Positions 8,160-18,263 of a DNA stretch of 64,000 bases are shown here, piece by piece. Position 1 is the stretch's first letter; each line of letters starts with the position of its first letter. Below the pieces are notes generated by a model. The model was not told where the DNA came from. It ran no database searches and saw nothing but the letters and a program-made list of their open reading frames with translations. Position numbers and translations under genes: made by a program. Origin of the DNA: Rhizomicrobium sp. (GTDB lineage: Bacteria; Pseudomonadota; Alphaproteobacteria; Micropepsales; Micropepsaceae); contig DASXFK010000089.1 in assembly GCA_036489635.1 (NCBI GenBank), positions 33,794-97,793 of the forward strand, given 5' to 3'.

Positions 8160-10733
8160 TCAGAATTGATAGCCGATGCCCGCACTGATGCCCGCGCCGC
8201 CCTCGCCGTCGAAGGTGGCGCCGGCTTTCAGCGCAGTGTGGCCGTCCGCAAGCAATGCCGATGCTCCCGCTGCCACGCCATTGCTGCCGCGCCAACTGCC
8301 ATAACCAAGACCCAGCATGACATGTCCGGGACTGTACGATTGCGGAATGCCGCTGACCGCCAGCGCCGCCGCGGTGCCACCGAAGGCGCGCTGCCCCAGT
8401 CTGTGAACCTGATCGTCGGTGTAGCTGTTGGCCTGGCTGAGGGTATTGGCTAGGCCGGTGTTGAGTTGGCCGACATCGACAGCGTCCGAATCGGCGATGC
8501 CGGGCGCGACATTGGTGATGCGGCGCTGATCGGTTGCCGAGCCGACGGAAACCGTGTTCGCCTGATCGGCGATGGAGCCTGCACCCAGGGCCACGGAGTT
8601 GGCGGCCGTTGCGCTCGCTTTGCTTCCCAGCGCCACGGAATTCGTCGCCAGCGCCGTCGCCCCCGCGCCCAGCGCAGCGGAGTTCTTGCCGCTCGCCACT
8701 GCGACGCCGCTGCTCGCCACGCCTTTGCCCGCGGACGAGGCAACGGAGTACGTCGCGGGTTGCGAGGCATCGCCACTCAAACTGTTGGTCAGATTGGCCA
8801 TCTCGCCGGTCAACTGGCTCATGTCGGCGCTGAGACTGTCGTCGCTGGCCAAATCGGCTTGCGAAACGCTGTAGAGCTGGCTGCCGTTCACCGCGTCGGT
8901 GCTGTTGCTCGACACGCTTCCGGCCGCGACGTTGACGATTTTGCGAGCGTGTCCCGCCGAACCCACCGATACGGTGTTGGCCAGGTTGGCGATCGAGCCT
9001 TCACCCAACGCCACGGAATTTGCCGCGGAGGCCTGCGCGCCTTCGCCGAACGCCGAGCTGTCGGTACCGCTGGCGATCGATTTATAGCCGACCGCTACGC
9101 CGGCGGTGCCGCTCGCATCGCTATCGAATCCGATGGCTGACGCATATTCGCCGCTGGCTTTGCTAAGCGCTCCGTCGGTCGTCGCATCCACGCCGCTGGC
9201 GCTGCTCTTGTAGCCGATCGCCGTGCTGTCGTCCTTGCTCGCCACACTCTCAAAGCCATAGGCCGATGCATATTCGGAGCTTGCCGCGCTTGCCGTCCCG
9301 ACGGCGGTCGCGTCGGCGCCGGCGGCCTTGGCGTTGTGGCCGAACGCCACGCTGCCGGCTGCGCTGGCCACGCTGTCATAGCCTTCGGCCATGCTGAAGC
9401 CGCCGGTGGCGGACGCACCATAGCCCACCGCCATGTCGTACTTCTGTTTTACCTTGGTCTTGCCCGCCACGCTGTCGGTGCCGATGGCGATGTCGCCCGC
9501 GTTGTAGGTAACGGCACCGCTGGAAGAACTATATCCGCCGCCAATAGCGATGGAGTTGGCACCGCTGGCACTGGCATCGGCGCCGCTTGCCAAACTGTAG
9601 CGGCCGCTGCTTGCTGCGTTATAACCAAAAGCCGCGCTGGTGGAACCGCTTGCCTTGCTATATGGGCCGATGGCCACGCTATATGCACCGCTCGAATTGC
9701 TGGCAAGACCAAAGGCCGAACCGTTGCTTGCAGCGCTGGAACCATATCCAAACGCCGAAGCGGCAGCGCCTGTTGCGTTGCTGAGGTAGCCATAGGCTGC
9801 GCTGCCGTCACCGATAGCCTGCGCGCCGTAGCCAACTGCGGTGGCGTAATATGTGCTGCCGTCGCTGGCGCCCGCCACGCTGCTCGTGCCAAGGGCGATG
9901 CTCCCGGTGCCATAGGAAAGCGCACCATTGCCGTTGCTGCCGTTATCGCCACCGCCGATGGCAATCGAGTTTGCGCCCTCGGCGCTTGCATTCGCGCTGG
10001 CGGCGAAACTGTAAGCCCCACTCGCATTGCTTCCCTCACCATAAGCCGAGGCGCTCGCGCCACTCGCCGTGCTGTATTCGCCGAAGGTTGAGGCATCGGC
10101 GCCCGTGGCATTGCTGTGGGCGCCGAAGGCGGCACTATAGTCGCCGGTCGCCGTGCTGGCTTCGCCAAAATCCGAACTGCGATTGCCGGTCGCTAGCGCC
10201 CCCGCGCCCACGGCGGTGTCGTAATCCTCGCTGCCGTCCGATTTGCCTGCCACGCTGCTGGCGCCGATCGCGACGCCGCCCGTGCCGTATTCCGCCGCGC
10301 CGAAGGTGCTGGTGCCGTCGCCGCCGCCGAGTGCAACGCCGTTTGCGCCGATGGCCTGTGCGTAGTGACCGTTCGCGACGCTGTAATCGCCGCGCGCCGT
10401 GCTGTAGGCACCCACGGCAATGCTGGAGTTGCCGATCGCCGAACTGCTATAGCCATCGGCTAAACTTCCAAGGCCGCTCGCGTTGCTGTCGTTGCCATAG
10501 GCGGCGCTGTAGTTGGCGCTCGCCGCGCTGCCGGTGCCGCAGGCGACAGAGTCCAGGCCCCCCGCCGTGCCGCTACCGCAGGTGTCGCCGGCGGCCAGCG
10601 CCGGGAAAGCAAAGACGATGGCCGCGATCGAAGCCGATGCGAGGATCGCTGGCTTGAAAGGAACGATCCGGGAAAGGCAAAACTTTGACGGCCGCGCGTC
10701 GATGGCAAAGGGCGACGACAAATGGGCGCGCAT
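8160..10733 (-). CDS. YadA-like trimeric autotransporter adhesin
   Basis: Many ~14-aa head repeats (A-x-G-x-x-S-x-A-x-G); neck motifs RKIVNVAAG...TDAVNGSQL and RRITNVAPG...DAVDVGQL; anchor ending GIGYQF; start uncertain (10733 has GAGGA upstream; ORF is open to 10751). Confidence 0.92.
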   Translation of the reverse strand: MRAHLSSPFAIDARPSKFCLSRIVPFKPAILASASIAAIVFAFPALAAGDTCGSGTAGGLDSVACGTGSAASANYSAAYGNDSNASGLGSLADGYSSSAIGNSSIAVGAYSTARGDYSVANGHYAQAIGANGVALGGGDGTSTFGAAEYGTGGVAIGASSVAGKSDGSEDYDTAVGAGALATGNRSSDFGEASTATGDYSAAFGAHSNATGADASTFGEYSTASGASASAYGEGSNASGAYSFAASANASAEGANSIAIGGGDNGSNGNGALSYGTGSIALGTSSVAGASDGSTYYATAVGYGAQAIGDGSAAYGYLSNATGAAASAFGYGSSAASNGSAFGLASNSSGAYSVAIGPYSKASGSTSAAFGYNAASSGRYSLASGADASASGANSIAIGGGYSSSSGAVTYNAGDIAIGTDSVAGKTKVKQKYDMAVGYGASATGGFSMAEGYDSVASAAGSVAFGHNAKAAGADATAVGTASAASSEYASAYGFESVASKDDSTAIGYKSSASGVDATTDGALSKASGEYASAIGFDSDASGTAGVAVGYKSIASGTDSSAFGEGAQASAANSVALGEGSIANLANTVSVGSAGHARKIVNVAAGSVSSNSTDAVNGSQLYSVSQADLASDDSLSADMSQLTGEMANLTNSLSGDASQPATYSVASSAGKGVASSGVAVASGKNSAALGAGATALATNSVALGSKASATAANSVALGAGSIADQANTVSVGSATDQRRITNVAPGIADSDAVDVGQLNTGLANTLSQANSYTDDQVHRLGQRAFGGTAAALAVSGIPQSYSPGHVMLGLGYGSWRGSNGVAAGASALLADGHTALKAGATFDGEGGAGISAGIGYQF

Positions 10734-10985
10734 GGTCATCCTCGGTCTCAAATTGCCTGGCGCGAACGCGCCCCAGCGACAGCAGAGGAGAAATCAAAAC
10801 CGACCCGCGCGCATCACTCATTCGGAGTAGGGTTGAATGCTATTGGTCCCGCATTGACGATTTGCGGAATCGAAGACGCGTTGAAGCCATTTCGACGCAT
10901 GCCCGCCCTGCAGCGTATCGCGCCATGCAGCGTATATTGTCAGTGCGGGCCATGACCGGCGCGCCGCACAGATCGGATCGACGCC

Positions 10986-11672
10986 ATGCATCTAGCCAAG
11001 CCCTGCCTCGACATCGGACTGGCCACGAACCGCATTGCCGATATGCTTGGCTTTTGGCAGGACAAAGTCGGCCTGCCGCTCGATCATGTCTTGCCCATTG
11101 CACGCGGGCAAAAGCAGTATCGTCACGATCTGCTCGGATCGGTGTTGAAAATAAACGCCTATTACGAAGCGCTGCCCGAGGCGCCGCCCAGCGGCTACGA
11201 TGAGCTCCTGATCGCGCGAGAAGGCGTGGGCGCGCCTTTGAGATTGAACGATCCAGACGGAAATCCGGTGACGCTTGTCGCTCCCGGTGAATTTGGAATC
11301 CAGCAAATCGGAATCAAGCTTAAAGTAAGTAATATCGAAGCTCACGCGCGGTTCTATCGCGACGCGCTCGGATTGGACGATGTCTCACGCAACGGACTAG
11401 CGGCCTTCCAGGCAGGCAGCACCCGGCTGCTTCTGGAACACTCGGCCGATGCCGCCATCGACACGCCTATTCGCGCAAAGGGCTGGCGTTACATTACGTT
11501 TCAGGTCTTCAAGGTCGATGTTGAGCATGCGCGCGCCGTGGCGCTAGGCGCACGCGAAGCGATGAAACCGACAACGCTTGGGACGACGGCTCGCATCTCC
11601 ATGCTGTGCGATCCGGACGGCAACTGGATCGAGATTTCGCAGCGCGCGTCCCTAACAGGATCGTTGGCATAA
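10986..11672 (+). CDS. VOC (glyoxalase/bleomycin-resistance) family protein, two modules
   Basis: FWQDKVGL and FYRDALGL; DPDGNPV and DPDGNWIEI. Confidence 0.85.
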   Translation: MHLAKPCLDIGLATNRIADMLGFWQDKVGLPLDHVLPIARGQKQYRHDLLGSVLKINAYYEALPEAPPSGYDELLIAREGVGAPLRLNDPDGNPVTLVAPGEFGIQQIGIKLKVSNIEAHARFYRDALGLDDVSRNGLAAFQAGSTRLLLEHSADAAIDTPIRAKGWRYITFQVFKVDVEHARAVALGAREAMKPTTLGTTARISMLCDPDGNWIEISQRASLTGSLA

Positions 11673-11708
11673 ATCGTATTTTTCTCGCCGGTGCGTCGCG
11701 AATTCGCG

Positions 11709-13076
11709 CTACGGCGCAACCCATCTGTTCGCTTGATCCAGCGTCGCGCGCGACGCGAGCGCCTTGCGCAGATGCGCCACCTGGCCCGAAGAAACCTGGG
11801 CGGCCTGGTTGCCCCAGCTGTTGCGAACATAAGTCGCGACGTCGGCAATCTCCTGATCTGTCAGCTTCCAGGCGAAGGACGGCATGGAAATCGCTGAAGG
11901 ACGGGTCGGCGTTGGCGCGGCGCGACCGCCTGCGAGTATGAGGTGGATTACGCTGGTGGGATCGGATTGCTGCGCAACGGCGCTTCCCGCCAGCGGCGGA
12001 AACATGCGCGGTCCACCCTTCCCGGCAGCGCGATGACACGCCGTGCAGGAGTCGGAATAAACGGCCGCTCCAGCGCGCATCGCCGCGGCGTCCGGAGCTT
12101 GGATCGCCGTTGAAGGGCTGGCGGCCACACTCTTCAGGTAAGTCGCGATCGCGCTCAAATCCGCGTCGGACATTTGCGACGTCGAATAGGCAACCACCTC
12201 CGCCATCGAACCGGCAGCATCGGTATGGGCGTTGCGGCCCGTTTTGAGGAATTCGACAATATCGGCGGCGCTCCATTTGCCCAGTCCCGTCCGGGCGTTG
12301 CCCGTGAGATCGGGCGCGAACCAGTTGTCCAGCTTGGCGCCTTCCAAGCGTTCTGAGTCTTTCTCCGCGCCGAATACATTCTTCGCCGTATGGCAGGCGC
12401 CGCAATGCCCCAACCCTCTGACAAGGTAAGCGCCGCGATTCCACGCCGTCGATTTTGCCGAGTCCGGCTGGAACGGATGATTGCGGAAGAACATCATATG
12501 CCATGCGGCGGCGCTGATCCGCAGATCGAGCGGAAACGGCAGTGCGTTCGGCGGCGGCGTGTAGGCCGTGCCCGGCACGGTCTTCAAATAAGCGAGAATC
12601 GCATCGGAATCCGGGCGGCTTACGATCGTGAAATGCGGATAGGGAAATGCCGGATAGAGATGCGTACCGTTCGCGGCAACGCCATCGTTCAGGGCGCGGA
12701 AAAATTGATCGTTGGTCCAGGTGCCAATGCCGGTCTGCTCATCGCCGGTGATATCCGGGCTGTAAATGACGCCGAAAGGCGTGTTGAGGCCTAGTCCGCC
12801 GTTGAACGGGTGTGCTCTGTCCCGCGTGTGGCAGGATACGCAATCGCCCGCGACCACCAGATAGCGGCCGCGCCGCAAAAGCGCGGCATTCGCGCTATTC
12901 GGAATCGGACGCATGAGCGTTGGCAGTGGCGCCGGCGGAAGCTGGACGATTTTGGGTTGATGCGCGGCGCTCCACAACCACGATACCAACGCCGCAAGCG
13001 CCAGCAAAAGGAGAATGGCGATGATCACCGGGCCGATCCAACGCCAGGCGGAGTAGTGGCGGCCCTCTGCGCTCAT
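11709..13076 (-). CDS. Gluconate 2-dehydrogenase-like trihaem cytochrome c subunit
   Basis: N-terminal TM helix; CVSCH, CGACH, CTACH; ATGA overlap with the upstream GMC gene. Confidence 0.9.
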   Translation of the reverse strand: MSAEGRHYSAWRWIGPVIIAILLLLALAALVSWLWSAAHQPKIVQLPPAPLPTLMRPIPNSANAALLRRGRYLVVAGDCVSCHTRDRAHPFNGGLGLNTPFGVIYSPDITGDEQTGIGTWTNDQFFRALNDGVAANGTHLYPAFPYPHFTIVSRPDSDAILAYLKTVPGTAYTPPPNALPFPLDLRISAAAWHMMFFRNHPFQPDSAKSTAWNRGAYLVRGLGHCGACHTAKNVFGAEKDSERLEGAKLDNWFAPDLTGNARTGLGKWSAADIVEFLKTGRNAHTDAAGSMAEVVAYSTSQMSDADLSAIATYLKSVAASPSTAIQAPDAAAMRAGAAVYSDSCTACHRAAGKGGPRMFPPLAGSAVAQQSDPTSVIHLILAGGRAAPTPTRPSAISMPSFAWKLTDQEIADVATYVRNSWGNQAAQVSSGQVAHLRKALASRATLDQANRWVAP

Positions 13077-14836
13077 ACAGGCACCAACGGACCGGGAGCC
13101 TTTACATAATTGGTCTTGATAGCCTCGGCGGACATGTAGGCAAGCGCCGCGAGCGTGGCGGTGGGGTTATAGCCCGCGTTCTGCGGAAACAGTCCCGCGC
13201 CGGTGACGAAGACGTTCGGCACGTCCCAAATCTGCGAATATTTGTTGACCACGCCGTTGGTGGGATTGTCGCCCAACATGGTGCCGCCCACATTGTGCGT
13301 GGTCTGGTAGGGAACGATGCTGTAGGGCGCCTTTCGGACCTTGGCGTTGACCGACGACGCGCCCATCGCCTTTGCCACTTCGGCGGCGCGATCGGTGCAA
13401 TATTTCGTCATCTTGATGTCGTTGTCGGGGAAATCGAACGTCATGCGCAGCATGGGCCGTCCGAACTGATCTTTATAAGTTGGGTCGAGATCGAGATAAT
13501 TTCCCGCTTGCGCATAGCTCGAGCCGTGCACCGAGAGCGCAAAACTGCGCAGAAAATATTTCGCCGCCGCGCGCTTCCAGTCGAGCCCCCACTTGCTCAC
13601 GCCTTTGGGCACACGAACCATCTCTATGGGGCGCGCGCCTGTGACCAGCGCGGCAATATAGGCGCCGCCGATGAATCCCAGTCCGGAGTGATCGAAATTG
13701 TCGCCATTGTAGTCGTCGATCACCGAGGCGAGCGCGCCGGCTCCGATAAAGGGATTGAGAAGCTTGTCGTCGAAGAAGACTTCCACCGAACTCATGGTCT
13801 GGTAGCAGTAGTTCTTGCCCACCACGCCCTCGCCGGTGTGGGGGTTATAGGGCGCTCCAATACCCGACAGAAGCAGCAGATGGACGTTGTGAAACTGGTA
13901 TGCGGTCAGCACCACGATCGAGGCCGGCTGGAAATGTTCCGTGCCGGCGCTGTCGATATAGGTGACGCCGGTTGCGTGTTTGCCGTCTGCCGTCCTTTCG
14001 ATCTTGAGGACTTCGGATTCCGTCCGCAGCTCGAAGTTCGGTTTTTGCATGATGTACGGGATCAAGGTCGTTTGCGGCGAAGACTTGGCGTAGTTTCCAC
14101 AGCCGAATTTTTCGCAAAATCCGCAGAACGTGCAGGCTCCGATCTGCGCGCCAAAGGGATTGGTATACGGTTTGGACAGGTTGGCAGCAGGATGTGGGAA
14201 AGGATGTAGCCCCATTCCCGCAGCGGCCTTCCCGAAAAGCGCGGGGGCATACGTCATCGGCAAAGGGGGCGTCGGAAATTCCTGGCTGCGCGCACCTTCG
14301 AAGGGATTTCCCCCCGGTTGGATCGCGCCATTCAGATTGCCGGCCTTTCCCGAGGTTCCGCAGACCAGATCGAATTGGGTGTAATGCGGCTCGAGCTCTT
14401 CATATGTGAGGGGGAAGTCCTGGACCGTAAGGCCGTCGGTCGATTTTTTGCCGTAGCGTTGCTCATTGTGGCTTTTGATCTGAAAGTCGGTTGGCAAATA
14501 CCGCCAGAGCTGACCGTTCCAGTGTATGCCCGCTCCTCCAACGCCGGTGCCGGGAAGAAACGAGCCCAGCTGCCGCATCGGAAGCGCTTGCTGGCTGGTA
14601 TTGTTGCGAAAGGTCAGCGTCGAATACTTGACGTTCTGAAACAAATGGTGGCGCCACATATAGCGCAGCTCATCCTGATCGAAGGTCGTGGCGAAGTCAT
14701 TGGGCGTCGTTCGCGCGGCCGAGCGCTCGAGCGCCAGAACGTTCATGCCCGCGTCGCAGAGCTGTTGCGCCATGATGGCGCCTGCCCACCCGAACCCGAC
14801 AAGCACGACATCGACCGGCTTTTGACGAATGGCCAT
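13073..14836 (-). CDS. GMC-family flavoprotein, gluconate 2-dehydrogenase-like large subunit
   Basis: VVLVGFGWAG FAD motif, GGAGIHWNG, CTFCGFCEKFGC, YQTTHNVGG, GYNPT; TGATG coupling at 14836. Confidence 0.92.
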   Translation of the reverse strand: MAIRQKPVDVVLVGFGWAGAIMAQQLCDAGMNVLALERSAARTTPNDFATTFDQDELRYMWRHHLFQNVKYSTLTFRNNTSQQALPMRQLGSFLPGTGVGGAGIHWNGQLWRYLPTDFQIKSHNEQRYGKKSTDGLTVQDFPLTYEELEPHYTQFDLVCGTSGKAGNLNGAIQPGGNPFEGARSQEFPTPPLPMTYAPALFGKAAAGMGLHPFPHPAANLSKPYTNPFGAQIGACTFCGFCEKFGCGNYAKSSPQTTLIPYIMQKPNFELRTESEVLKIERTADGKHATGVTYIDSAGTEHFQPASIVVLTAYQFHNVHLLLLSGIGAPYNPHTGEGVVGKNYCYQTMSSVEVFFDDKLLNPFIGAGALASVIDDYNGDNFDHSGLGFIGGAYIAALVTGARPIEMVRVPKGVSKWGLDWKRAAAKYFLRSFALSVHGSSYAQAGNYLDLDPTYKDQFGRPMLRMTFDFPDNDIKMTKYCTDRAAEVAKAMGASSVNAKVRKAPYSIVPYQTTHNVGGTMLGDNPTNGVVNKYSQIWDVPNVFVTGAGLFPQNAGYNPTATLAALAYMSAEAIKTNYVKAPGPLVPV

Positions 14837-15609
14837 CAGCCTCGCGTCCATCCGCGTCGGCCGAGCAGTCCCACCGGCTTGAGGGGCACCGGCTGGTTAT
14901 AGGCCGTCACCCATGGCGAATAGTCGTAATGGGCGCCCGGAAAGCCGATCATGGCCCAGGCGCGGCCGTCTTTGTTGCCGCCATAGATCGGATCGGAGAA
15001 ATAGCCCTCCTTCACGTTCTGCAGAAACATCGTGAAAAAGGCTTTGGCTTCGACACCGCCGTCCAGTTTGAGCGCGCCGGATTCCATCTGTTTGAGCAGC
15101 CCATCCTGGGCATTCGCTTCAAGGTCCTTGAAGGCTTTTCCCGGATGGGCGTTTGCGACATAGCCTTCGATCTCGGCGATCGCCCGCCGATAGAACTCGG
15201 CCGGCGCGAACCGGCTCTGAAAGCCTTGCGAAGGCGTGCCTTCCGGCCACGGACCTCCCAAATAGAAGTGATCGCCGTGCCCATAGCCACCCGCAAGCTG
15301 GCGATCGATGAACTGTGGAACGCCCGCCTCGCTGGCGCTGGGGCCGGTCGCGTCGGCTGGAATGAGCCGGTCCGAAGCGGCCGTAATGAACGCGGCCTCC
15401 GCGCCCGTGAGGAACTTCCATTGGCCCTTGCCGGCTTCCTCGGGTGCATCGGCTTCGCCTTCGCGCCACGGCATCGTGCCGCGAATGTCCTGGCTGGGTG
15501 CGCCAAGCATTCCGTCGTGCGCCGCCAGGCCGGAAGCGATCGCGCCAGAACCCAAGGCGGCGCCCAATACAGAGCGTCTATTGAAGATGTTCTTGGGTTC
15601 CGAACTCAT
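14836..15609 (-). CDS. Gluconate 2-dehydrogenase subunit 3 family (Tat-exported small subunit)
   Basis: NRRSVL twin-arginine signal; DRLIPAD, GVPQFIDRQL, FSDPIYGGNKD, WAMIGFPGA. Confidence 0.9.
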   Translation of the reverse strand: MSSEPKNIFNRRSVLGAALGSGAIASGLAAHDGMLGAPSQDIRGTMPWREGEADAPEEAGKGQWKFLTGAEAAFITAASDRLIPADATGPSASEAGVPQFIDRQLAGGYGHGDHFYLGGPWPEGTPSQGFQSRFAPAEFYRRAIAEIEGYVANAHPGKAFKDLEANAQDGLLKQMESGALKLDGGVEAKAFFTMFLQNVKEGYFSDPIYGGNKDGRAWAMIGFPGAHYDYSPWVTAYNQPVPLKPVGLLGRRGWTRG

Positions 15610-15654
15610 ATCGTTTCCGGAGGGTAGATTTATTTGCGCTGTCCCTAGTTCGCC

Positions 15655-15680
15655 AACGCAATGACCCACGGTTGGGTTCT
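15655..15680 (-). promoter_or_regulatory. Candidate EcfG/RpoE2-type general-stress promoter for the dehydrogenase operon
   Basis: Minus strand AGAAC-N17-CGTT about 45 nt upstream of the start; consensus GGAAC-N16/17-CGTT. Confidence 0.4.
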
Positions 15681-15911
15681 ACGAGACAGACAAAATTTTG
15701 GTGCTTCATCTTCTGCGGCCGACGCGATAGCCGCGGGCGCTGAAGAATTTCAGCGCCATCGAGGCTGCACGGCCCGAGGTTGCCGCCGACCCAGACAGGA
15801 CATGCGCAAAATCGCGCCGCGCAGCGCGATAGCGGTGCCGACTGTGACGTTGAGCACCTTGGTGGCGATGATGGCCGGGAGCACAGCCGCAATGATCGTC
15901 TGGAGTTTTCC

Positions 15912-16757
15912 TCAGCCGTTGGTCGCGAAGCCTGGAAACAGCGTCATACCGCCATCGACAAACAACGTGGTCCCGACGACATAGTCGGAATCGTCGGATG
16001 CGAGCCACACTGCCGCGCGCGCGATATCTTCGGGCTCCCCGATGCGGCCATAAGGTACCAGCGTCATCAGCGCATCGTAAGCCTGTTTGGTCTTCCACGC
16101 GACGGTGTTGATCGGGGTGCGGATCGCGCCAGGCGCAATGCCATTGACGCGGATCCGGCACGGCGCCACTTCCTGCGCCAGACTTTCCATCAGCAATTTT
16201 ATGCCGCCTTTAGAGGTGGCGTAGTTGGCATGACCAGCCCAGGGAATCAGCTGATGCACCGAACTCATGTGGATGATTTTGCCTGCTGCGCTGGAAATGG
16301 AGGGGACCGGACCGCGGCGCAGGAATTCGCGCACCGCAGCGCGCGCGCAGAGAAATTGTCCCGTCAGGTTGACGCCAAGTACCTTGTTCCATTCGTCGAG
16401 AGTCATGTCCTTGAAAGCGGAGTCGCGCTGAAGGCCGGCGTTGGCGACGAGGATATCGACGGTGCCGAACTGCTTGACGGTCTGCGCGAACATCGCGGCG
16501 ACCTCATCTTCCTTGGAGACATCGGCTTTGTATTTGAAGGCTTTGACGCCGGCCTTCGCGATTTCGGCGACAACCGCATCCGCCGTGTCGTCGCCCACGA
16601 CATAGTTCACCACCACATCCGCGCCCGCCTGTCCCAGTGCGATGGCGACGCTACGCCCTATGCCCGAATTGGCGCCGGTGACGAGCGCCTTTTGACCGAC
16701 CAGCACCTTCTGGATAGGCCGCTTGGGCGCGCCCGGTTCGGTGAATTCGTCCGCCAT
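15912..16757 (-). CDS. SDR oxidoreductase, glucose 1-dehydrogenase-like
   Basis: TGANSGIG, ANAG, SSVHQLIPW, YATSKGG, LFVDGGMTL. Confidence 0.9.
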   Translation of the reverse strand: MADEFTEPGAPKRPIQKVLVGQKALVTGANSGIGRSVAIALGQAGADVVVNYVVGDDTADAVVAEIAKAGVKAFKYKADVSKEDEVAAMFAQTVKQFGTVDILVANAGLQRDSAFKDMTLDEWNKVLGVNLTGQFLCARAAVREFLRRGPVPSISSAAGKIIHMSSVHQLIPWAGHANYATSKGGIKLLMESLAQEVAPCRIRVNGIAPGAIRTPINTVAWKTKQAYDALMTLVPYGRIGEPEDIARAAVWLASDDSDYVVGTTLFVDGGMTLFPGFATNG

Positions 16758-16784
16758 GCTCAAGCCTTTCGGTCGCGCGGCCCT

Positions 16785-18263
16785 TCAGCCTTTTGGGTGG
16801 TCCATCTCATAGGCCAGAGCGGCCAATCGAATAGCCTCGGACTGCGCGGGATAGGTGTGGATGACACGCGCCAAATCGCGCATTCCGATGCCCGTGCTCA
16901 TGACAACGGATATTTCGTTGATCAGTTCGCTGGCGCGCGACGCGACAATCGTCGCACCGAGGATTTTGTCGGTTCCCTCCTGAATGTGGAGCTTGACGAA
17001 ACCATCGTCCTGCCCATCGGTGATGGCACGATCCACATCCTGCATCATCACCGTGTAGGTCTTGACGGGAATCGATTTCTGGCGCGCATCCCAGACCTGC
17101 ATACCGACATGCGCGATCTCGGGCTCGCAATAGGTGCACCAGGGGATCGTCATCTCGCTGTGCCGCGTATGCCCCTTCTCGAAGGCGTTGCTAACTGCGA
17201 TACGCGCCGAAACCCAGGCGACATTGGTGAATTTGTGCGACATGCAGACATCGCCGGCGGCGTAGACGTTCGGGTTCGCCGTGCGCAGGAAGTCGTCCAC
17301 CTTCACGCCCTTGTCGCCGCAATCGACGCCGGCCGCGTTCAGAGCCAGATTTTCGACGTTGGGCACTCGTCCGATGCTGAGCAGGATTTCGTCGGCAGGC
17401 ACACTCATTTTGGCGTCGTAATTCTCGCCATCGACGAATTTCGTGTTCTGCTCGCAATGGGCACCGACCACCGCCGTGTTCAGCATGATGTCCACACCAT
17501 CGCGCGCCATCGATTCCGACAGCAGCTCCGCCGCATCACGCTCCTCGCGCGGCAGGAATTTGGGATCGTTCTGAATGATCGTGACCTGCGAGCCCAGCCG
17601 GCAAAAAGCTTGCGCCAATTCGCAGCCCAGCGGGCCGCCGCCGATCACCACCAGCTTCGGTGGCAATTGCGGCATATCGAAAATGTCGGTGCTGGTCCGA
17701 TAACCGATTTCAGCAAGTCCCGGGAAGGTCGGCGGACGCGGCCGTGCGCCTGTCGCAACGATCGCCTTCTTGAAGCGAAGCGGAACATCGCCGACCGCCA
17801 GCGTGCCAGGGTCAATGAATCTCCCCTCGCCAAAGAAAATCTCCACGCCGTCGTGCTGCAGGCGGTCGGCGGCGTGGTACTCGGCAATGCGCGCGCGAAC
17901 CTGCACCATGCGGGATTTCAGCGCCGCAAAATCGAGCTTCATTTCCGCCGCCGATGAAACGGCGAATTCAGGCGCACTGCGGACCAGCGCGCAGAGGCGG
18001 GCCGAATGAATCAACGTTTTGGATGGAATGGAACCGGCGTTGAGCGAATTGCCGCCCAGCAGATTGTGCTCCACAAGGGCCACGGTCAGACCGAAGCGCC
18101 TGGCATATTGCGCGGCTTCGATCCCCGCAGGACCGGCGCCGATCACAACGAGATCGTATATCTCGCGCGGTTGCGGATTGATCCAATTCCCGGGCCGTAC
18201 GCGGGCGATGAGCGCCGGGCAGTTGTCCGTGTCGAGTTGCGGTGCTGTAGCGGTACTTTTCAT
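16785..18263 (-). CDS. Pyridine nucleotide-disulfide oxidoreductase (MerA/LpdA-like) lacking both redox cysteines
   Basis: VIGAGPAG, ATGARP, VIGGGPLGCELAQ, VYAAGDV, IHTYPAQSE; active-site loop is GGNSLNAGSIPSK; ATGA overlap with the upstream gene. Confidence 0.88.
   Translation of the reverse strand: MKSTATAPQLDTDNCPALIARVRPGNWINPQPREIYDLVVIGAGPAGIEAAQYARRFGLTVALVEHNLLGGNSLNAGSIPSKTLIHSARLCALVRSAPEFAVSSAAEMKLDFAALKSRMVQVRARIAEYHAADRLQHDGVEIFFGEGRFIDPGTLAVGDVPLRFKKAIVATGARPRPPTFPGLAEIGYRTSTDIFDMPQLPPKLVVIGGGPLGCELAQAFCRLGSQVTIIQNDPKFLPREERDAAELLSESMARDGVDIMLNTAVVGAHCEQNTKFVDGENYDAKMSVPADEILLSIGRVPNVENLALNAAGVDCGDKGVKVDDFLRTANPNVYAAGDVCMSHKFTNVAWVSARIAVSNAFEKGHTRHSEMTIPWCTYCEPEIAHVGMQVWDARQKSIPVKTYTVMMQDVDRAITDGQDDGFVKLHIQEGTDKILGATIVASRASELINEISVVMSTGIGMRDLARVIHTYPAQSEAIRLAALAYEMDHPKG

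Noticed and set aside
15780-17957. 725-aa plus-strand ORF, and similar long antisense ORFs (687-2072, 24556-26181, 49520-51010, 59310-61073)
   Set aside because: Shadow frames opposite well-supported genes in GC-rich DNA; no recognisable motifs
16785-18263. Mercury resistance (merA)
   Set aside because: No redox CxxxxC, no C-terminal CC pair and no merR/T/P genes nearby
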